DNA of 63,977 nt, counting the filler, from Chiloscyllium plagiosum (lineage: Eukaryota): NCBI RefSeq assembly GCF_004010195.1. It is 7 parts of one record of this genome, joined end to end, with 100 filler letters (N's around TTAATTAATTAA, not from the genome) between each part and the next. Parts side by side here need not be neighbours in the genome. Positions count along the whole stretch, not along the records: positions 1 to 17,630 come from NC_057717.1; 6 more parts are not named here. One strand, given 5' to 3'. Both the position numbers and the translations under genes were made by a program. Shown here one piece after another: positions 1 through 12,501 of this stretch; position 1 is the first letter of the stretch; the number at the start of each line of letters is the position of its first letter. The notes beneath the pieces are model-generated. The model saw only the letters and a list, made by a program, of their open reading frames with translations. It did not search any database and was not told the DNA's origin.

Positions 1-365
1 TTCATTTGAATTTTAGCAAGCAATCAATAAGGGGCTATATAAAAGTCCGTTGCACAAGAAAAGGAGTTCTTGGTGTTTGGTAATAAAGCAGCATTGTCTG
101 TCCGTTGTCTATTTAACAGAAATCACCGAATCGAGATTAATGAGCAGTTTTCAAGTTGGAAAGATATATTTAGTGAAATCCAGATTGTTCAGTCATTGGA
201 TTTAATGTTTTATCTGACCGAATGACTTTGAGGAAGTGGCAGAGTGAAATGCAGTGATACACAATATATTGTGAGCATATTGTGATAACGACGTGGAATT
301 TTACAAACAGATATCGAGAGTGTGAGTGAGTGGAGAAGTCTTGGCAGATGCAGTTTCACGTAGCT
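1..365 (+). mobile_element. Highly degraded CR1-type LINE RT fragment (inverted copy ~56080-56443; related copy ~8025-8400)
   Basis: Decayed match to the CR1 RT segment DFxKAFDKVPH..RQRVGINGxFSxW..VTSGVPQG through WQMQF (e.g. gagcagttttcaagttgg, ttggcagatgcagtttc). Confidence 0.55.
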
Positions 366-3300
366 ACATTTTTATCTGTTAATAGGTTCACAGCTCTCCA
401 TTCAATTTGCAATGTTGCAACCCCACACAAGAGCGCATTCGCTCGCTGTTGTAGATTTTGTTGACACATTGTTACCACTGTTTTTGATCATGTGTTGGTT
501 TCTGAGTGAAAATTGTTTCCACTGTACCGGAGGTGCCAGAGACACATTTATCAGTTCAGTCGAATATACGATAAACATTGTCCCTCTCAAAACGTGAGGT
601 TCGATTCCAACCATGCACCAACCAGGATATCCAGAGACGTGGAATGCAAATGGCCACATGCTCGGGGGATTGACAATGACGTCTCCATGTCAAATAGTGC
701 TGAAACAAAAGTAACTGATTTAGAATGCTCTGAATGAAACCGAATGGAACTCTCCCTAAACTTTTCCCAATTCACACGGAAAATGATGCTGTTGCGTGCA
801 CGTAGGTTTACATAATGAACAGTTTATTGTCAGTAACAGGGGTGGGGTGGGGCAGGATAATGAGGTGTGCCTGAGATGTGATCTGGTCGAACGGGGAATT
901 CAAACGCCCACAAATAGAGAGAGCTGGTTGATCCAGGAACTCACTCCCATTTTCTGTTTCAGTACCAACAAAAGAAATTGCCGGAAAATCTCAGCAGGTC
1001 TGGTAGAAGCTTGGAAAGCAAAATAGAGTTAAGACATCAAGACCAGTGACATTTCTTTCTCCATGTCCATCTCCCTCTGCCTTTCGCACCCTTCCTTTTT
1101 ATTGAATATCTCCTGACTTCCAACTTTATACTCAGATCCTCTTTTATTACTTCGTCTCCAAACATTTTCCCAGTCTCTAAACTTACATCAGACGTGTTCC
1201 ATCTCTCACCTCACCCAGTTATGACCGGAGGACTTCGAACTGAAAAAAAAACCATTCGATCATGGCTGATATCTTTCCCAATTCAATCCAATTCTCCAGC
1301 CTTCTGTCTGTGACACTAAGCTCCCCTGAATTCCGGATCCAGTCTATTTCCCAGAACGGGTCTGAATCCACATCTGCTGGCAGCTGATACACCGCGTCGG
1401 TGTGTGATCGAACACAGTTTCATTCCCACACAGCAAACCCGGCCTGTTCGGAGCAAAGCATTACTCGCTGTGGGACAGATATATGGGTCTCTGGCCCCAA
1501 TTGTGTTTCTGCGAGGGAGTAGTTAGCTCCTTCACCACTCACGGCAAGGACTGGTGCTTCAAAATGTGGGGAGAAAGAAAATAGGTCATAAAGTTTGGAC
1601 AGGTTAGGTCAAGGATTATGGTCAGCATCAGTGGAGTCCCTGCTTCAGAGTCTGAGTTTGAATTGCACAGACCTGGATCCAATTCGCATTCAGGACATAA
1701 AGATTCATTTCTCTTCTTTTGGTTTATCTGAATGAAAACTAGTTCCTGCTTCCACACAGAGCACAGACGCGGATCTGCCAGAATCAATCCAGTGATTGAT
1801 TGCCTCCAACTGCAAGGATAATTGCGGCAGATACACGAGACACCTGTCACCGCAAATCGTCTCTAAGAATCTCGCCTTTCTCAGCTGAAACTATCTCACT
1901 GTTCCTTCAATGTCGTTAGTTTTAATTCTTGGAATTCCCGAGCGACATCAGGGATGCATCTCTGTGCTGAGTACTTCCACGATTCTCCAAAGTAACTTTC
2001 TATCGCAAGCTCTGGAGTAATTATGGATGAACAGTGAAGCTGATCCCAAAGAGTGACGAGCATACTCCAGAAATTCGTTTCAAACGGCTGCAATTTCGAA
2101 GTGGAAACCCGAAAGTATTCGGCAACAAGTGAGAAATTTCGAAGGGGGAGTAGGATAAATGAAAGTCAATGATGACTGGGAGACGTGAGGCAAGAAGTGA
2201 GTGAGGTGCTGTTGGTGCAAGGCTCAACGTCAGTGCTAATGGGTTAGCCCTTACTACCCACTGTTAACACCGACTCACACACCACTCCTGGTAAATTCAC
2301 CACAATTTTCCTGATCTTTTGGTATGAGATTCCCTCTGTGCATATTCACGCGTTTTATAGGCCCCGAGAGGATGAACGCATCCTCTTTATCCTTTCAGAT
2401 TACAGAGGTGAAGGCAATAGTTTGAAAGCAAAACAAGAAGAGATTTCCTCTTTCAGTGCATTTTCAGTGAAGGAAGACCAGCTGTGAACTGTTCTTTCCT
2501 GCATAAGCGCAGGTTGATATATATTCTCATCGAGCAGCTTTATTACTGCAAGGAAGTCTGAGTTACTGTGATCAAATAGTTACTTAAATGCACAAACGGA
2601 TTTGAAGAACATCGTATGTGTCTTTGTCAGGTAAAGCATCTGGTAATAACCAGGCGAGTATGGTGTCAAAAGCTCTGAAATGTTCCGTACATTGAAAGTT
2701 CATTACATAAACTTATTGTAAAAGCCGTGTTGTTGATCCAATATCGCGACAGTGAGGGCTCAGCATGCTTCTTGTGTTTGAGCTCAGCCCATTGTTACTT
2801 GGTGATACCAAGCCTTGCCGCCTGCTGTGGACACATTAGTCAATGTTCTATCCTGCTCATCCAACGCCGAGATTCTTTACTCTGTTCAACAATGATTTCT
2901 CCATCTCTTCTACTTTTAGTCTCACGCTGTCAGAGCAAGTCTTTTTTTAAATAATGAAGTCAGACAGGAGACACTGCATACTTGCCAGGAAATGTTGTGG
3001 TAATAACGCATCCATTGCGAGATGACAGCTCTCATTGTCTGCTGTCACCATTCATTAATTTTAGGCAAACTGCAATGACGTCATTGAAATCCTATAATTG
3101 GAGAGAAACTGCTTTTCTTCTCGTCGGTTATGAATTCTAATTACAATTGTAAATTATCATAGTTTGAGTGTAGAAATGTCACCAGACCTCAGACCTAAAT
3201 GACAGAGATATTACCTGGAGACTGTAAGCCCAGTTCTACACACTCTGGCGGCGTGGGGGGGTGGGGGAGGTGGAGAAAGCTACGAAACAGGTATACTCTC

Positions 3301-4401
3301 AAACTGTCACCGAATTTCAGACTTTTCCAAGAGTTGGAATAGAAATTGAGGGATATTGACAGACAGAGATTGGGAGGATGTAGAAGAGAGTGAGATGGTA
3401 CAGAGAGACAAAGGGAGACAAATAGATAAGCATACGAAGGTTGACACTGAAAACAGAAGCTCTCCATTCAACGTTGTTGCTCATGGACAGAAAGGAGAAG
3501 ATAAAGGTCATGAGTAAGGCCAGCCTTTCACCAACTCAGGAGAACAGCAACAGCATTACAGCCGATATGTCATTTTTCCTTTTTGCAGATGACGTATGTT
3601 AGTTAATGAGAGATTCTGATATGTATGCTGATCCGTGAAGTGAAACTGTCAATTACCCTGGAATTAAAACAATAAAATGCACAAGTAACCTGATTCTGTC
3701 GATATGAAAAATTACATTTTAGCTGCACATCAATTTCCTTCTTTCTTCCATTCCTTTCAGCGTGGAAAAGGCCTTTCCGCCTATCTGCAGTGCGGGAGAC
3801 CGGATATTTATCTACTCTCGTCCCAGTTTCCAGCATGAGGCACTTAACCTTGCATGTTCTGATGTTTCCAGGGTAAATTTCAATGAGATACTCCCTGTGC
3901 TTTAAATGACACAATCATAGGACTGAACTTTGACGTGGTCACACTGTATGGTAATCGCCCTGAGGAAATCATCCTCATTTTCGTCCACACAGGTGGACAG
4001 ACAGACAAATCTATGAGAGCAGGAGAGATGTCAGGATGAGACCAGTTTAACGTGCTTCTCATCCGCCAATTTCTCCGACCACCTCACCGCAGCATGTCAA
4101 AGATTTCTGCAGCACAGAAAATGCACTTTAGCTGAACAAGTTTGCACCAGTCGAACACAAGTCGCTGACTGTTCTCGTCTCATTTTCCAACAGTTGGCTC
4201 ACAGCTTCAAACGCAGTTGGTGGTAGAAGTATACACCTCAATGCGTCTCAAATTTCTGTAGAAATTTCTGCTTGCTACACCCTGACAAGCAGTGGGTTGC
4301 AGATTCCGACCATGCCCAATTTGCCCATTTTTGTTTTTAAGCTGGCTCTTCCAGGGAAGTCAGGGAGCAATTTCCCTTCGCAATTATTGGCATTTCTCCA
4401 T

Positions 4402-4483
4402 CACCATCAGTAGGATTCGAGGCTGCATGGTGAAAGCCATATGAATTTCAATTCTATTGTCTTAACCACTCATCTAGGACGAC
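4402..4483 (-). pseudogene. tRNA-Ser(TGA)-like pseudogene
   Basis: Minus strand reads gtcgtcctagatgagtggttaagacaatagaattgaaattcatatggctttcaccatgcagcctcgaatcctactgatgg. It has the A-box GAGTGGTTAAG, an anticodon loop containing TGA, a long variable arm and a B-box-like TCGAATCC. The stems are disrupted. Confidence 0.65.
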
Positions 4484-6012
4484 AGGACGACACTGTGCAA
4501 TTCACTTCCCAGATCTCTTTCCTAGTGGAGATGAGGAAGAGTAAATCATTATTGGGTTTGTTTGAATCCAATCATTTCACAGCTTCCAAACGTGTAAAAT
4601 TTCGGTGCGTGGTGAGGCTGGCTGCATCATCCTGATGGATGAAATGGGCATTCAGTTAAAACAAAAACAGAACTTTCAAGAAACCCTCAGCAGGTCTAGC
4701 AGCATTTCTGGAGAGACATTAAGAGGCAATATTTCAGAACGTCATCAGCGCTGTGTTTTCTCCCACAGGTACTCCAAAATTGGCTTGTTTCTGCAGCAGT
4801 TTCTTTTTGGTTTCAGATTCCCACAAGTCACACTTCTTGACATTAATCTTGACAGCAATGCGGAAATGTCATTGTGGTTAGTCACACGATAGTGTTTTCA
4901 ATTTGGAGAATATCTTTTGACCTCATTAGAAATTGAAACAGTGCATCAAAGCAAACAGATGCATTAAGGGCAGCAATCGCAGTCGCCCGGGGGGCTCTTG
5001 AATCACTTATCTTTCATGCGCTGACAGTGCAATCCAGCACACCACACGATCCTCCAAAGTAGGCGGTTACTGAATCTCAACTTTAGTCTGCCTTCCCAGA
5101 ATGACAACTGTCCTCTATCAGAAGTATTTTTCCAAAATAAAGCCTGGGACGCTCATTATGGAGACATAGGAACAGTCTGATCCCACTCACTGCAGTCATA
5201 CCCATGTCACTGGGAAGCCTCTTTCCCACAACCAGGACAGTCTGGGTTCCAGCCTCTCAGTGTTTGTCTGGCCCGAGCTTTTTCAATATCCTGGAGTCCT
5301 CATATACAAAAACGAGAAATCTTTCAATGTCTGAGATCAGTTCATATCCCGAGAATATCAGAGTTAATGTCCCGTCCCCTTAAAGAGGGGGAAGCCGTCT
5401 TGACAGTTTCTGCTCAGTCCGACAGTTCACCCCTGCTCATTCCCCTCCGAATCCACTTCCCAAAAAGTTCCTGAAGATCCACAAAGCTGGAAACCGGTTT
5501 CCATGTTTTGCCTCCTTAACATTGTTCCGCTCTCAAATGTCAATATTCCCCCAAATCTCTTCACTATCCTCTGTCTTGCACCATGTCCGGGATGAGAATT
5601 CCCTTTATGAGGAGAGAGTCCAGAGGCTGGTAAGTTTCACTTTGGAGCGAAGAAGGTGAACCAGAGATTTCCTGTGGCTGTTTATAATGATGTGGGAGGG
5701 AGCGGTGGGGATGGGCGCTTTGACGAACAGGAAGAAAACTTGCCACCGTCCAGGGTCAGTACATAGAGGACTGTGATTAACGGAATCGAATGTAAAGTTG
5801 CACTTTTGCACAGTACATTCAGGCAATACTGCAGAAAGTCGATGCGTCCAGCAGTATCCGTGGAAAGAGAAACGGTCAAGGTTTTGATCGTGGCACAGTT
5901 CTGATTAAGAACTCGAGGTTACAAAATCAAATCGAACAACTGGCATGGTTTGTTGAGATTGTTCTTTTTTCAAGTTTGAGCGCGAAATCGTCCTTTCGGA
6001 AATCATTGAAAA

Positions 6013-6094
6013 CGTAGTCGGCAGAATTCGAAACTGCGTGGGGAAGTCCCAATGGATTTCTAACCCATCACCTTTCCCACTCGGACCTGTCTAC
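6013..6094 (-). pseudogene. tRNA-Ser(AGA) pseudogene
   Basis: Minus strand gtagacaggtccgagtgggaaaggtgatgggttagaaatccattgggacttccccacgcagtttcgaattctgccgactacg aligns end to end (82 nt) with vertebrate tRNA-Ser(AGA) GTAGTCGTGGCCGAGTGG...CTGCCGACTACG. The acceptor stem and T-arm carry mismatches. Confidence 0.85.
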
Positions 6095-6267
6095 ACATTT
6101 AACTCACGTGCTTAATACATCTTATGAAATGAATTTTTTCAACCTGAAACACCAGTATTTGGCTTTCCCGGTCCGCAGCTTGAACCCAGCATTCGCTGTC
6201 CTCCTCTCTTGATTCAGAACGGAGTAGGATGCTGGGAGATCCAGTTGAATTACACGCGTTGATGAGA

Positions 6268-6520
6268 GATAATTGTTGCTCAGCAGTTAGCACTGCTCCT
6301 CACAGCACCATGGTCCCAGGTTTGCTTCCAATGTCGGGCCACTGTCTGTGTGCTGTTCGCATATTCTCCTCCTGTCTGCGTGGGTTTCCTTCCACAGACC
6401 AAACATGTGTCCGTCAGGTGAATTTGCCGTGGTAAATTGCCCATAGTGTTTGGTGCATTACTCACAAGGAAATGGGTCTGGGTGGGTCATTGTGGACTGG
6501 TAGGGCCGAAGGGCCATACT
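6268..6520 (+). mobile_element. tRNA-derived V-SINE (HE1-like), old copy; inverted copy ~49425-49695
   Basis: cagttagcactgctcctcacagcacc head, V-domain-like ctgtctgtgtg..attctcc..tgtctgcgtgggtttcct, and CR1-like tail gggccgaagggcc. Confidence 0.75.
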
Positions 6521-6654
6521 GGAGGGAATTTTATCCATTAACGTGTATGGGAAGGATCCATTTTCATGTGCAGAGTGTTTAATAAACATAGCAATGGATC
6601 GAACAAATAAAAACGTTGTTGTATTGGTCCAGTGCTTTCATCGCCAGCTGAGTT

Positions 6655-7380
6655 ACTGAGGGTTACCTCAGATTACAACGGGATCTGTACCAGATGGGTC
6701 AATTGGCTGAGAAGTGGCAACAGGAATATAATTGAGATAAATGCAAGGTGCTGTATTTTGGGAAAGCAAATCTTAGCAGTACTTATGCCATTAATGATAA
6801 GATCCCAGGGAGTGTTGCTGAACAAGGAGACCTTCGAATGCAGGTTCGTAGCTCCTTGAAAGTGGAGTCGCAGGTAGGTAGAATAGTGAACAAGGCGTCT
6901 GCTCTGCTTTCCTTTATTGGTCAGAGTCCTGAGTACAGGTGTTGGGAGGTCATGTTGGGGCTATAAAGGACATTGTTTAAGCTAATGTTGGAATAATGCA
7001 TGCAATCTTGTTCACCTTCCTATCGGACAGATGTTGTGAAGATTGAAAGGGTTCAGAATAGTTTTACAAGGATGTTACCTTTTTCCTGGGGTCGGGGAGT
7101 CCATAACTAGAGGGTTTAGGGTTAGAGGTGAAAGATATGAAAGAGACCTACGCAGAGGGTGGTACGGAATGAGCTGCCAGAGGATGTGGTGGAGGCCGGT
7201 ACAATTGCAACATTCAAGAGGCAGTTTGATGGGCAAATGAATGTTAAGGGTTTGGAGGGATATGGGCCGGGTGCTGGCAGATGTGACTAGATTGGGTTGG
7301 GATATCTGGTCGGCATGGACGGATTGGAGTGAAGTGTCTGTTTCCACGATGTGCATCTCTATGACTCTATGATTCTATGT
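6655..7380 (+). mobile_element. CR1/HER1-type LINE 3' fragment (inverted partial copy 48932-49285)
   Basis: Decayed RT C-terminus (INARCCIL.., RDLR, ERVQ motifs) followed by a 3' UTR ending in ctctatgactctatgattctatg repeats. Confidence 0.8.
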
Positions 7381-9254
7381 GATCTTAAAGAAGATTCGCT
7401 TTTGGCAAATCGAATGTGCAATTCATGTCTGTTTGTGTCATCTGAGGTCAAGATATGAAAATGTTTCAAATACTCACAGCTGGTTCTGCATAGTGCACAC
7501 CGATCTTCCGCTGTTTATTCTGCTCTGATTTACACCTGGGAAGGTGTGGGACCAGTGGGCCTTATCACAGCGGATGGGGTCAAACATGTAAGACTGACGT
7601 GAGGAAAATATTCTCTCTTTCGGAGGACAGCAAGTCTGTGGAAATGCATCCAAAAGAGGTCTGTCAAGAATGGGTACATTCAAGGCTGAGATAGACAGTT
7701 ATTTAGTCAGTCCGCAATCAAGGGCCACGGAGATGAGGCTGAAAAGTAGAGTTGAGGATTATACAAATAAGCCGAGATATCATTGAAAGCTGTCGCTGAC
7801 TTGATGGATTAAATTGTTGTATCTGCTCTAATGTGTTTGCCGTCATTTGGAAAATGCTAGACACCATTTAAAATGAGTAAAAACACAACGTTAGGAAGAG
7901 ATGTTTGCAATTAAACTGAGTCAACATTATTTATTGAAAGGAAAATCACACTTGCCAATTTGCCAGATTGTTTTGCTAACATGACCAGCGGAGCTGATCA
8001 AGGGAGCTATTCGGTATAGTCCTTTCGAATTTCTGTCAAATACTCAATTAGGAGCCATATAATAGATCATTGCACACTGAGAGAGTTCACGGTGTTGGGT
8101 AATAAATCAGCATTAACTGTCCACTGTCTACTCACAAGAAGTCACCGAATCGGGATTATTGAACAGTTTTCAAGTTGAAAACATATAATTAGTGAAATCC
8201 AGAATGGTCAGTCATCGGGCTTCAATGATTTATCTGTCTTAATGACTTGAAGGAAGGAGTGAAATGTGTCCCGTTCTGCTACCGATAGACAACCAGTGAG
8301 CGGGCTTATTTTGATGAGGACGTGCAAAACTGCAAAAAGATAATGATAGTATGAGTGAATGGAGAAAGCTTGCAGTTTCATGTTGTGAGTGTGAGGTCAT
8401 GCACTTTGTTAGGAATAATCAAAAGACAGACTGATATTAATATGGAAAGAAACCCAATAAAAGTGTGGTTCAGATGGTTTCCAAGAAAAGACGGAAACTA
8501 AGACGCCTGTAAAGTAATCGATGACCAAGATATGGCTTATCTTGGTCTATGGGCCATACGTATTTTATTGATTCTTGTTCTCCAAACATTCTTTACAATA
8601 GAACCGGGAATGCGAGAGGGGAAATTAAGATCACCCATGATTACTGCCATCTTTTAGCACTCACACACGGTACTTTTTCTTGTACGTCTTATTTCTCACT
8701 CTGGTTACTGCGAGTGGGCTTGTCAACTACACCTGCTACTGACTTCTTTTCTCACTGTTCATTATCTCGGCACAAAACACATTTTACATCCTTATTTCCT
8801 GAATCAAGGCAATCTCTAATCATTGCATAAATATCACTAAAATCTCGGCATTTCGAACGCCTCTGAATGCCATCTTCCAATATTAATTGATTCTTTACTG
8901 TGTTGTAATTGCACATGATAAGAGAAAGACAAAAAAGACATTGGTGGACCTGGGCTTCTCACGCGCGTTATTGAAGTTAAAACGCAGATTACTGCCCACA
9001 ATACGATCATAGAAGCACTCACTTAATCTTCAGGAAACACAGAATAAGTACAGTGTTGTAGGGCATGTCAAGAGCAGCACCAGAAACACAACAGAAATAC
9101 TGTTCTGGGCTACTATTTTGTATGTATTTCTCAATGAGCAATAGACTTTTACATGTGTTCCATCAGGAGGTACTTCACACAAGGAAGTAACCAGTGCTGC
9201 AGACGGTCATATAATCCCAGTTCCAACTCCCGGGATCAGAGATACTCATTGTCC

Positions 9255-9420
9255 TGCATATTGATATGAGGAAAAGCTGTCCGTGGCATTTACGGGCTAG
9301 ATGAACTTTATGAATGCAGCTCGCACGTTGTCAGCCTCTTTCTCCTATATATTGTTTCGTGCAGTCCCTTGCTGGAATCTCGTCAAATACTTTGTCCTGC
9401 ACTTGATGGGTCTTGGGTCT
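9255..9420 (-). mobile_element. Ancient Penelope-like (Poseidon-type) GIY-YIG endonuclease relic
   Basis: Manual minus-strand translation: KVFDEIPARDCTKQYIGERG*QRASCIHKVHLARKCHGQLFLIS. This resembles the PLE motif VYKIPCKDCxKxYIGQTGRxLxxRIHEHQLATKRHDQLSLVS. Confidence 0.65.
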
Positions 9421-11701
9421 TGTGTTCTCAAACCCCAACAATCGGAAGCGGAAACTATTGATTGAAACTAATTCAACTCATAACACTCACAGGACCGCAG
9501 CGTTTCACATGAGCTTCAGCAGCGCTGAGAATGTCATCGAGAAGTGGGAGGAAAAGGCTGGAAACCTTTTTCCCAGCTCCGCTGAAAATTCCAACAACAA
9601 CTCCGAGTACCGGAGCTTCACATCTTTTTGCTCCAAAACTCTACGGTTTTCTGCCACAGAGAATTGCACCCTCAACGCCCGCGTGCAAGGTGAGGATACC
9701 AAGCCCGACACTATCAAGGATGGTAGTTAGAGCGAGGGCAACACCGGTCATTATTATATGGACAGCCACAAACACACTTTTTTCATATGGGAGTCTTGGC
9801 AGCCGCAGTTAAGGGGACCCAAGCAGCCTGTGCTGGGTGTTCATATTCCAGACTATTTGTGTTGTCCACCGTTTCACTTGAAAGTGAATGGAGATCGTTC
9901 TTTCACCGCTGTTGTGAAGCCAGATGCTGCGTTGAACTTGCTCGCTGTTTTTTGTTGCTGTGGCGAAACGGTGGGCAATCGCGTTATAAAACGTTGTTAT
10001 ACTTCTCTAATTTCCTTCATTACTGCATTTATAAGGGAGGCTGGTGATTGGCTGTCTCGATCAGGTGGAGGCACCATTGTTGACCGAATTTAATGAAGAA
10101 TGGAATTGGAAATCTTCACTTTTCATGTTTCATTGTTGTTTTGTTTTGTTTTCTGTTACTTGAGCAATTTCTGGGACTTCGCAATGCGCTAAATGTCCAG
10201 GATATTTGGAAGCGCCGTTTGGAATTGTCTCTCTGCCATTTATGTGAGCGGTTCATGACATACACGTCAGCAATTTTCTCGCTTTTCTCACCGAAATGAC
10301 CAGAGACCTTCGGAGCCGCAAACACAGGCACTCATATTGTTCATTTCAGTGTGTGTGTGGCACGGAAGGCCTCTGGTGCTTTTGGTGATAAAAGCGAAAA
10401 AAATATTGACTGCCTGTGAAAACAGTGAGTGCTCCAAAACCTCCTCAAATCCATTCGACAGCCTGCTTTCGGATACATAGAGGGCCGATTTTGCTGCCAT
10501 GTTCTGTGTCTGAAATGGTCAGCTCATTTGGCTGAAATGTTGGTTGCTCGAGCTCACCTCGGCACAGTGCTTCAATTATTTCAGATCAATCATTGAGACC
10601 GATAACGTACCGACATTGTAATCGCCAAACCTTCACCCCGAATCCGCGTGGAGTGAGACGGGAACTCGCAGCAGAATGCCACAACATTATCTGCAAACCT
10701 TCGGTGCCAGCAGAAAGCAGCCACTACAGCTTCAATCAGCGGCTTCCTGCTCAGCCCTGGGACACACTCAGAGAAACCCATTCCTCAGCAATGGCTCTTC
10801 CCATGTGAAAGGAGCAAACAATCCAGTCGAGTTTGTAAACAGCTTCAGAAAATTAGAAGAATGCTCCTGTTCGTGGAAAGGTTTTTAATCAAAACTTCTG
10901 TCTTGGAAATGACAAATGGTAAAAGTTGTAGGCAGGAAACACAAAGCAAGTGTTGATTGTGAGGACTGTGTCTCGTCAGGCAGACTGGGTGTCCAACATT
11001 CTAATCAGTAATGATTGCGTGCCATTAGGTAATTTTCCAATTGATTTGCCGTCTGCGAGAGTGACGGAATCACATCGGCGACCTAAACATGAGGGTAAAA
11101 AACAACTAAAGTATTAATATTGAATATTAAATCCCGCTACAAGTGCTAAATAAATTATAATTTTCTGAAAGAATAACAGTGAGAAGTGAAAGGTGTGAAT
11201 TGTGATTGGGAGGAATGAAGGAATCCTTGCAAATTTCAATGCCATGTGAATTATGCTCTGTATGAAATGGCAAACGAAGCCACTGTACACTTGGGTTGGC
11301 TACAGGGTCGCGGGGTTATGCCCCACGGTGGGCGCTTTTCCTCGTTAATACAATCCTTGCTCTCCATTCCACTTGCAGTATGACAACAGAGTGCTATTTA
11401 TGTTGCCACGTCGGTTCCCCTGTTTTTGATCACACGTCGCTTTCTGAGTGAAATCTATTAACAATTTACTGTAAGTGCCAGAGATAAGTTTATCAGTGAC
11501 CCTTTCCGAACGTGATGTTCCACTCCTGCCGTGCAACACCCAATGTGCTCAGAGACACTGAATGTGAATGGCCAATTGTTGGGGGGACTGACAGTGAGGG
11601 TTCCATATCAGATGGTCCTGAACCAAAATTAACTAATTCAGGATGATCTGATGGAAAGCGAAGGGAACTCTTCTTGGAAGTTTCCCAGTGCACAAGAAAA
11701 A

Positions 11702-12017
11702 TTAGATTAGATTAGATTACTTACAGTGTGGAAACAGGCCCTTCGGCCCAACAAGTAACACCGACCCGCCGAAGCGCAACCCACCCAGACCCATTCCCCT
11801 ACATTTACCCCTGCACCTAACACTACGGGCAATTTAGCATGGCCAATTCACCTGACCTGCACATTTTTGGACTGTAGGAGGAAACCGGAGTCCCCGGAGG
11901 AATCCCACGCAGACACGGGGAAAATGTGCAAACTCCACACAGTCAGTCGCCTGAGGCGGGAATTGAACACGGTGCTGTGAGGCAACAGTGCTAACCACTG
12001 TGCCACCGTGCCGCCCC
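11702..12017 (-). mobile_element. HE1-like V-SINE, young and specific to the left arm
   Basis: Minus strand begins ggggcggcacggtggcacagtggttagcactgttgcctcacagc (tRNA-like head), has the V-domain gtgtggagtttgcacattttccccgtgtctgcgtggg and a CR1-like tail ending in (TCTAA)n. It is absent at the equivalent right-arm site near 46495. Confidence 0.9.
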
Positions 12018-12501
12018 AATGATTTTGTTGTGGTGCCAATGTGGGTTTAGGTAATGAACAGTTTATTGTCAGTAACGGAAGTTGGGGTGGGGCAGGATTG
12101 TGAGGTTTCATTGTGGGACAGAAGTGATCTGGTTGAACGGGGAAGTCAAATGTCCACAGAGCAAAGTGAGTGGATCAGTCCAGGATCACTCTCCCATCTT
12201 CTGTTTCTGTACCAACAAAAGACATTGATGTAAAATCTCAGCAGGTCTGGGAGTATATTGGAAAGCAAAACAGTGTTAAGACCTCGGGACCAGTGACACT
12301 TCTTGTTCGATGTCCATCTCCCTGTGCCTTTCTGCACACGTCTTTTTATTGAATATTTCCTGACTTCCCACTTTATAATCAGCTTCTCTTTTGTTACTTC
12401 CTCTCCAAACATTTTCTATCATGCTAATAACCCCGGACAACATCGATCTACTCGAAAGAGCAAGGTAGTGCATTGAGAGGCTGCCAGTTTCAGCCTGCCA
12501 A

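Noticed and set aside
2350..2362. TATA-like CCTATAAAA on the minus strand (mirror ~53969)
   Set aside because: No recognisable snRNA or coding sequence downstream.
11338..11360. tRNA-Asp-like start (tcctcgttaatac) and gcgggagaccgg near 3792
   Set aside because: Only short matches, with no cloverleaf or B-box.
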